From an uncultured virus (IMG/VR IMGVR_UViG_3300024270_002235) (taxonomy: Duplodnaviria > Heunggongvirae > Uroviricota > Caudoviricetes), in the IMG/VR virus record IMGVR_UViG_3300024270_002235: DNA of 64,000 nucleotides. One strand, written 5' to 3'. Below, one piece after another: positions 62,001 through 64,000 of this stretch. The notes below the pieces were generated by a model that was not told the DNA's origin, searched no databases, and saw nothing but the letters and a program-made list of their open reading frames with translations. Both the position numbers and the translations under genes were made by a program. The first letter of the stretch is position 1. Every line of letters begins with the position of its first letter.

Positions 62001-62203
62001 CTTTCTGTATTTATATAGCTTACTGAAACTAATCCTTCTAAATCTTTGAAACTTATACTAGTTGGTATTGTATCAGATGTTATTGTTCTAGTAATAGTTC
62101 CATCACCATTAGATTCGTCTGTATAACTATACGTATAACTTGATTCAAATAAAGGTAAAGTATCTATACCGTCATTAAATTTATATATAGCTATATTAGC
62201 CAT
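47027..62203 (-). CDS. giant BspA/DUF285-type leucine-rich-repeat protein (5058 aa)
   Basis: Over 100 ~26-aa repeats (LTSLDVSNWNTSNVTNM..MF..C) in ~10 capped modules. Confidence 0.9.
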   Translation of the reverse strand: MANIAIYKFNDGIDTLPLFESSYTYSYTDESNGDGTITRTITSDTIPTSISFKDLEGLVSVSYINTESISNFSYLFQNCVNLTSVDLYNISSSQATDMKYMFAGCTGLMSIDLGGLNTGNVLDMSGMFMGCSNIFAIDIKGLNTSKVTSMNSMFQNCENLSSLDMTGMNISALSNIGFMFAGCTNLMSVLFTGLNLNNSMTMTDIFKDCLVLNVVNMDNCNIDDINMMINYLPEREAGSNAKLKVNNSDISGINTTNLTAKNWNLASYEIFLRYVFDKSIYANLIPEFNSGFTGYVVIDEAVNGNMVTRAIGHENLKPSMIRFGNPNGNGQNQSAKQLAIIKILYLDGSNLTTCDLMFHQCQNINYIEPFIITNKCTNTHGMLSGCNKLTSIDISNWDTSNVTNMSYMFRELLQMTSLDVSNLNTSKVTDMTGMFSYCTNAEIINMNGWNTAALTTMRTMFDNCRKLKTIVGLGDLNTSKVTDMYEMFSYCEQLPSLDLSNWDTSNVTSMSKMFRNCRSLVNISLTPSKFNTSKVTDMGGMFDSCWKLTSIDISGFNTSNVTTMYNMFCDCRALTSLNLSSFNTSKVTNMKYMFNGSDDSYMNLETITFGPNWSVANVTDMDCMFGDCYYLTNLDVSNWNTSKVTNMNCLFRNCRSLTSLDVSNWNTNNVTVMSSVFYNCYNLTSLDLSNWNTSKVTTMYCMFCGCKKLTSLSINHLDVSKVTNIDNLINDCYGLTSIDLSNWDTSSVVSMRYVFNATDGTFMNLQEIKLGPGWSKNNTTDMYCMFSDNDKLTKIEGLQYLNTSKVKDMSCMFIRCKKIESLDISNFDTSSVTDMYHMFEECYKVKELDVSNWNTSNLKKAYNLFSKCHSLTSIDVSNWNTSNVTRMDGIFQYCQSLTSLDLSNWRLIDNVNISNMIDYCTNLKTLNINNIKITTANITSNTLADDVYLEKIYTNDVNTIQFLLNTNDIKNRTEMSTGVLVVPSTVNIPTSTMVELINRNWEVRNLVVQYTFDANTYEDVIPEFNAEFTSDKYVVRDEVNETSIGNFEWIVEGIDDTDGGFCSSSNPDIERRTGYISINGNTRYNVEFLDPGTIIYYYTSDKVYIERKSLIVTLDHFITPPNAKFIAIKTGVSWNGTDLEKANISSKTITRTIETVTGELPTRIRFGHRDAESAANDTYEAAHGNPDAANALLKVSELSTNELTNMNDMFRECTRVTEINTNKWNTSKVTEMRCTFEKCDNLSILDVSNWDTSKVTLMGWLFNGCLSLTSIDVSKWNTINTIQMQSMFGSCQSLTSIDVSNFNTSKVNRMNGMFSDCLSLTSLDVSKWNTSNVIYTHQMFYNCQSLTSLDVSKWNTGNLQLMNNMFTNCYKLTSLDVSKWNTSNVTNMNSAFQTCQSLTSIDVSNFNTSNVKNMGYMFRRCENVTSLDVSNWDTSKVTDMSSMFGLCNKLTSLDVSKWNTSNVTDLGYLFDDCIKLTEVKGIENWNTSNVKDINGLFNDAVAIKRIDLSKWDTSKITNSREYLFASRDKTNPMALKTLDITNWTMLSTDNMDSTIFFDNNHGTELQYIKCGTVELANVIIPLLPDRTSKDAGVLLVNSVSGIDTATLLAKNWNLITVENATVVAEYKFNKALYDLVPTFNDDFIDYFVIDSYEDTEDYIINDYLQSGEIPPELLSLEEDEIETIATGDTYRVPAANIVTRKIISTGNLPTAMRFGQMDNVYNAKAASLLSVSQLNTDNLINANYMFKRCMHVKRLDIPNLNMENVVTMVDFIYNCPNIEYVNVAGYNLSNVQDMTGVMAHNTKLTTIEGMNTWVTSSKLVTVYNGFAGDRKLTSIDLSSWTVGNLRNIAELFATCVSITSINLNGWDTTQVRNMDHMFLNCRSLTSLDVSHFNTSYVNSMLGMFQGCKKLTSLNLSNFVNDTVQDLSWMFYDCNELTTIGDVSNWNTVNVYTMAMMFTNCYKLSSLDVSKWNTSKVIDLSSTFAFCQSLTSLDVSNWNTSSLVYMSCLFAGSNRLTTVGSLAKWNISKVNSLYALFSACGSLQSVPGIELWDTKNVTKMHHMFSQCENLTSLDVSKWDVSNVTDMNRMFNRCLKLTTLGDVSNWNTSNVTDMSLLFYLCPLVTSLDVSNWDTSKVTNMSHMFGECASLTSLDVSNFDTRNVTNMYAMFFNCQSLTSLDVSNFNTSKVTNMGSFAGFLKSVKTLNFNNLNATQQKTSIHTDYRFIIEHDNLEKLYINDLYTLATIIGYLLDRTGKTPGKLVTSIRDIIPADIIAILNARNWQIVDIVAHYRFNPDRYENLLPEFNVEFTANDYTIIDTEHVITLDNMYWEPGIIDSTGADAVDSSYASAARSSYLPVRDSLTYDFNIDYCQVFWYDENKALVAASGLYGKNQGVSNGSKCYAPADAKYLRIYRGVGSTTNVSITARYIDRILEATTTKLPARFIFGLNADSGDQTPREESLLEVLDLNCSNLYDATKTFAYCTRVKFIRSSWIGNHINNMYDMFAGCRNLVSLDLSNLNTANVGRLDFVFLVCEKLTTVGDISKWDTSNAWTMAATFQGCVKLQSLDLSRWNTSKVRTMNKMFLNCHKLTTIGDVSNWDTGNVTTIANMFSYCYSLQSLNLSNWNVVKVTDMYQLFLHCETLTTVGDISNWNTGNVKNMSNVFVRCYKLSSLNVSNWDTSNATSMHDMFGYCESLTSLDLSNWNVSNVTDLSGMFIKCYKLTTVGDLANWDVRKVNSVAWMFEHAESITNLNIANWQTDSLTKMNSAFTFTYKLQTLDLRKWNTVNVTDANNMFTSAAFTTLDISNFDLSNATNISNMIAGNCGQIKYLKCNNVTTLNKIKGFLPTKTAADPGYIICKASNISSLDKATFTSKYWNIVDVSTQLKTVARYRFNKTMCDLVPIFNTGYMGFIEDISTNGDLVTRKIEHLVLPTKIKFGDSGDYANGGTPMSHSLYNVYELDTSNATDLTQLFRFCTNLETIECKMIAEKVQYMMGMFNCCFKLKAVDVTGIKTDKVSSFVTIFAGCHALTAVDVSGWNTSKVTDMHQLFDACHAITEIKGLENWDTSNVTRMSNMFLYNQKVYALNVNNWNTSKATDMSRMFAYCQQLTTLDLSNWDTRNVTSMESLFDNCVNLTSVGDLGNWNTSKVWDMKTMFQHCDRLSSLNVSNWDVSNVNRLHYTFAYCQNLSVIDVSKWNTKNVKYIAGIFNTCKKLYHIDVSKWDTSNVVDMNWVFGQCDNIITDVSNWNTSNVTSMQGMFANTSVDNGLDVSNFDTSKVWDMKYMFYNCWGLQSINVSNWDTRNVEDMNYMFQRCRSLKSLDVSNFDTSKLRVADKFICELESIETLNLNNVDFTNANITEFFSNKLNTLNKLYVNKVETLDLVLPNLPDRSATTSGKLMTSIRALIPEETVNALTAKNWIICDTIVNYTFDANRYENLLPEFNIEFTEDDYTVIDEVHDHVLDIEFKDNIDWSYTQPTNSYYREGYKCTNLINCIPNILYILKSPINVMFFDENKNYISDACNSEGDTYPKTIVSPSNAKYMTFGRSLTNNREFDVRYKIVNRTIESVNGKLPTMIRFGVEGDGIEGDTTERSMSLLSVLDMCTRNLTIAACMFRRCKNLTKVNINHFIVPEFAKDIFAECNSIEKIDVSGWDTSNVTSLRGIFCYCYALTEIVGLENWNTTNVQDMHGIFNQDGKLKSVNVGNWNTANVTNMRLLFSDCSSLTNLDLSGWNTDKVEDTHAMFSNCTSLTTIGNIKKWTTSKVNNMAWMFNMCNNLEIQDVSGWDTRNVTDMNNMFSNCYKMTKLDVSGWDVSKVTNMDYMFNNLNCLTLNLANFNWSNVTANFDGMFRTTNTTSPSLVRLNLPSYDMNTNLGTDFLVNQKNLKFVKCENKNNIIKIIDHLPTRPANDPGKIYTKIALSEFTEIAISTLAAKNWSIVSVSEGLKVLTKYKFAKSIWGSMLPVINRPDKELTNYFIEDEYLDTDSVTVKYIGVAEEQTTIPANEIVTRTIYCIEGDLSGTANAIRFGPNGSDPTEYEKKQCSSLLNIIELDLSYYEKITGLIRYCTNITSMNITKYPTVPLVGIGIESAFASAKSLTSLDVSNFDIRNVFSLQWTFYDMMAVTNITGLETWNTSNVSSTKSMFDRCFNLTSLDVSNFNTSNVKNMGYMFTNCQKLTEIVGIENFITTNVQYMEGMFASCYLITSLDVSNFDTRNVTSMGYMFKDCQSLTSLDVSNFDTSKVTDMTKMFENCNVLQTLDVSKWNTSNVTNMLALFHYCYELDGLDVSNWDTSNVTHMESVFRHCRKLSSLDLSKWNTSKVNNMVSMFGDCYSLTSLDISNFDMSNVIRAEWMLARLDNATTINLNNIVIHDDCAIENFFTKTEKAERIYMNEIDTLDKLVQYLPDRSSTTTGRIIMPNKDQVSAETVALLAGKNWHLGYLIASYKYDSNIYEDLIPIFNYDFGVDKYVVVDTNDSKGVITRNIEDVDGTMPTIVRFGRWDNTLYPRYTCLIELCDMDTNYITNNDYMFAGCINLKYINTTNFNTSKVTTMTAMFFKCHSLTSLDVSNFDTSNVTKMDWTFEQCTSLTSSDVSKWDTSKVTAMNGMFINCNSLTSLDVSNFDTSNVTGMEAMFHGCNNLTSLDVSNFDTSNVNTMHAMFENCKLLTSLDISNFDTSNVTNMSYILTNTPELIKITSNDLNTTNSIIPHLPNRTGKEAGTLAYYDIDPALLDTETLQAKNWNLSYEPIMVKYIFDSNVYENFLPITPSYPQSNYEVIDDVKADGRVVRTLKYKSDKRPTRIVFGDSSSAFTESGILSLLDVLYVDIKENISSMNNIFAKAENVTRINTRNWDTSNVITLYCAFYSCKSLKHLEVGHFKTDNVTDMTFVFYNNKVLESVDVTNWNTSNVTAMYGLFGGSPFKELDLSNWDFSKATNVSALFMNCEALETLNISNCNINPNLTIEHMFGGADKLSLVNVNNCSADVINLLLSKVPNRTNKDSIKFYALHNTKEHASLDKTTADARNIKIVIRGGNIKAIHLPDELFQSLGLGNNIRVKHVHIGERFL

Positions 62204-62230
62204 TTAATTCACTCTCCTTTTTCGTATTAA

Positions 62231-62271
62231 AAAGTAAATTGGAGGATTTATTCCTCCCTCCAATTTACTTT
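62231..62271 (-). other. hairpin in 5' leader / terminator of upstream gene
   Basis: aaagtaaattggag/ctccaatttacttt. Confidence 0.6.
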
Positions 62272-62291
62272 CAAAATTATTTCTTTTCTCT

Positions 62292-62303
62292 TATTTCATT
62301 GTT
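62292..62303 (-). promoter_or_regulatory. late-type promoter
   Basis: AACA atgaaa TA. Confidence 0.6.
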
Positions 62304-62312
62304 TTGTAGTTG

Positions 62313-63560
62313 TTATTCTATCACTGCTTCGGTAAATAAATTACCATAATCATCAACTTTTAATCTATATTTAAATCCTGATGGTGATACAAGAATAACA
62401 TCTTGAGGTATTTCTTCCATTTCTCCAGGGTATGCAGGTATAGATTCATCGAATATATCAGTAGTTGCTATTCCTGGCATTACTTCTGGTTCTGGATTTA
62501 TTTCAGTAGCAACAATGTCATTACTTATTTCAAAGTATAAAGTCATAGGATCTCTTTCAACTATGGCTTCTAGTTCTGCAGTAGATCCAACCCATATTTT
62601 ATATCCATTTAATGCGTGTTCAACAACTCCTAAGTCAGCATCTAATTCATTGATAGCATCTATAACTACTTTATTATCAGTAGTTAATGATTCATGCATT
62701 CTAGGTGTTGCACCTATTTCATTTAATGTAAATGATATATCTTCTGTACCGTCAAATACTTTAGTAGAGTTTCCTACTATTATATTTCTAGCATTTGCTA
62801 ATTTATTACATTCTTCTATAACGCCTTCAAATTCTCCAACTATCTTACCTGGTACTAAGTTCATTTCTTTTATATCGTAAATATTTTCATCTACTGATGA
62901 TATAAGTACGGGTTCTTGTAATTTCCATTCTGATTCTCCTAATATTTGTATTTTTACAGGAGATTCCTCATCAGAATAAACATAGAAAAGTTCTAAGTAT
63001 GCTTCTAGTTCATTAGGATTATGAACAACTCTTACTATATTATTTCTACGTGTACCCGCAGAATTCATACCTAATTGCATCATATTAGGTTCATCTTGTA
63101 TACCATTACCAATCATAAGCATATAATCTCCATGATGTTCGCATCGTATACTTATTAGACCTGTACCATTTGCCATAACGGAAGCAACTCTATACCAACC
63201 TTCTTCTCCAGGTATAACTGTTTCCAATAACTGACCTTTACCTAGGTTTTTAACAAATTCTTCATTTAATAGATCAAGAACCTCTTTATTATAATGGTCA
63301 TGACTTCTATCTTCAAGGTCTGTTATATAGTAAATAATATTTGCATTATTTTTTTCTTCCTCTGATAAAATATCATATTCTGCCTGTGTTAAATATTTAA
63401 GCGATTTACCACCAAGCATATTTCTAGTTTCATCACTATGTGCTTGTATACCTGCTTCAGCTTGAGCTGCCCTCTCTGCTTCTTTAGCAACTTTAACATC
63501 AGCTCTATCATCCAACGCTTGTGCTAATCTTGCAAGCTTCTCTTTATCTACCATACTCAT
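62313..63560 (-). CDS. tail-fibre-like protein
   Basis: SD aaaggag before ATG 63560; LTQAEYD.L, KLANARNI...FDGTEDI...EIGA, L.T.NK.V..AINEL, WVGS.AE fibre motifs. Confidence 0.65.
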   Translation of the reverse strand: MSMVDKEKLARLAQALDDRADVKVAKEAERAAQAEAGIQAHSDETRNMLGGKSLKYLTQAEYDILSEEEKNNANIIYYITDLEDRSHDHYNKEVLDLLNEEFVKNLGKGQLLETVIPGEEGWYRVASVMANGTGLISIRCEHHGDYMLMIGNGIQDEPNMMQLGMNSAGTRRNNIVRVVHNPNELEAYLELFYVYSDEESPVKIQILGESEWKLQEPVLISSVDENIYDIKEMNLVPGKIVGEFEGVIEECNKLANARNIIVGNSTKVFDGTEDISFTLNEIGATPRMHESLTTDNKVVIDAINELDADLGVVEHALNGYKIWVGSTAELEAIVERDPMTLYFEISNDIVATEINPEPEVMPGIATTDIFDESIPAYPGEMEEIPQDVILVSPSGFKYRLKVDDYGNLFTEAVIE

Positions 63561-63598
63561 AAACAGTTCAACTCCTTTTAATTTACTTATTTTATCAT

Positions 63599-63610
63599 TA
63601 TAAGATTGTT
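63599..63610 (-). promoter_or_regulatory. late-type promoter
   Basis: AACA atctta TA. Confidence 0.6.
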
Positions 63611-63633
63611 TTATCAAGATGTTCAATAAAAGG

Positions 63634-63655
63634 AAGAGAAGCCTAAGCTTCTCTT
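63634..63655 (-). terminator. intrinsic terminator
   Basis: aagagaagc/gcttctctt. Confidence 0.7.
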
Positions 63656-63662
63656 CAGTGTT

Positions 63663-63998
63663 TTATATTAATTTATTTTTACCAAAACCGAATGGATTTC
63701 CGAATGATTTATATTCAACAAGATATCTAGTATCTGCTGGGTCTACATAAGTTGTAGGGTGACAATCAAGAATATCTCCTTCGAATACCATAAGGTCAGT
63801 TATAATTACTTGGTCGTTAGCTTCACATGAAGAAGCATCTCCAACATTAAATCCTATTCTATTAGCATAATCACGGTCTGCTTTTATTTGTACGGCAAAG
63901 TTACCATTTTCATCAGGATTTATAAATATTGGATTATCGTTTACATAGTTTCTGAATGGTTCAAAACCAGTATCTCCTTTTTCAAATAATATATTTGT
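63663..63998 (-). CDS. 3' end of an upstream gene, partial (probably structural)
   Basis: Open frame TNILFEKGDTGFEPF...LMVFEGD...GKNKLI* running off the window edge. Confidence 0.7.
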   Translation of the reverse strand, partial: TNILFEKGDTGFEPFRNYVNDNPIFINPDENGNFAVQIKADRDYANRIGFNVGDASSCEANDQVIITDLMVFEGDILDCHPTTYVDPADTRYLVEYKSFGNPFGFGKNKLI

Positions 63999-64000
63999 AA

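Noticed and set aside
47027..62203. Diversity-generating retroelement target
   Set aside because: No reverse transcriptase or non-coding template repeat with adenine-specific differences seen in this window

Overview
This AT-rich, gene-dense window comes from a jumbo phage of the AR9/PBS1/phiKZ-like supergroup, using standard genetic code 11. The host is probably a Gram-positive Bacillota/clostridial bacterium, inferred from the SH3b lysin end, phiLC3-type holin, strong SD sites and BspA repeats. It contains: (i) a ~2550-aa LamG/CotH-kinase/LRR-BspA protein split by two sibling group I introns, each carrying a GIY-YIG homing endonuclease; (ii) two halves of split multisubunit RNA polymerase beta' subunits; (iii) nucleotide and replication genes (RNase H, dCMP deaminase-NUDIX fusion, ThyA, DHFR, a small PolB-like protein); (iv) an early kinase-like protein and small early ORFs; (v) a minus-strand fibre/adhesin cluster (coiled-coil, collagen-like, 5058-aa BspA-type LRR). 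Two promoter classes can be read directly from the sequence: an early GTAA..TCAATTATATATTAT..YGAA motif (5 exact copies plus 1 variant) and a late AR9-like (A/T)ACA-N6-TA motif (~21 sites). This promoter map exposes unannotated units. These are a ~120-nt late sRNA with an anti-RBS tract complementary to the start of the early kinase gene, a ~320-nt structured stand-alone ncRNA, and a 41-aa signal-peptide-like ORF. A pseudoknot-capable element also lies downstream of the PolB-like gene. All calls are by-eye motif recognition; no database searches or folding programs were run.
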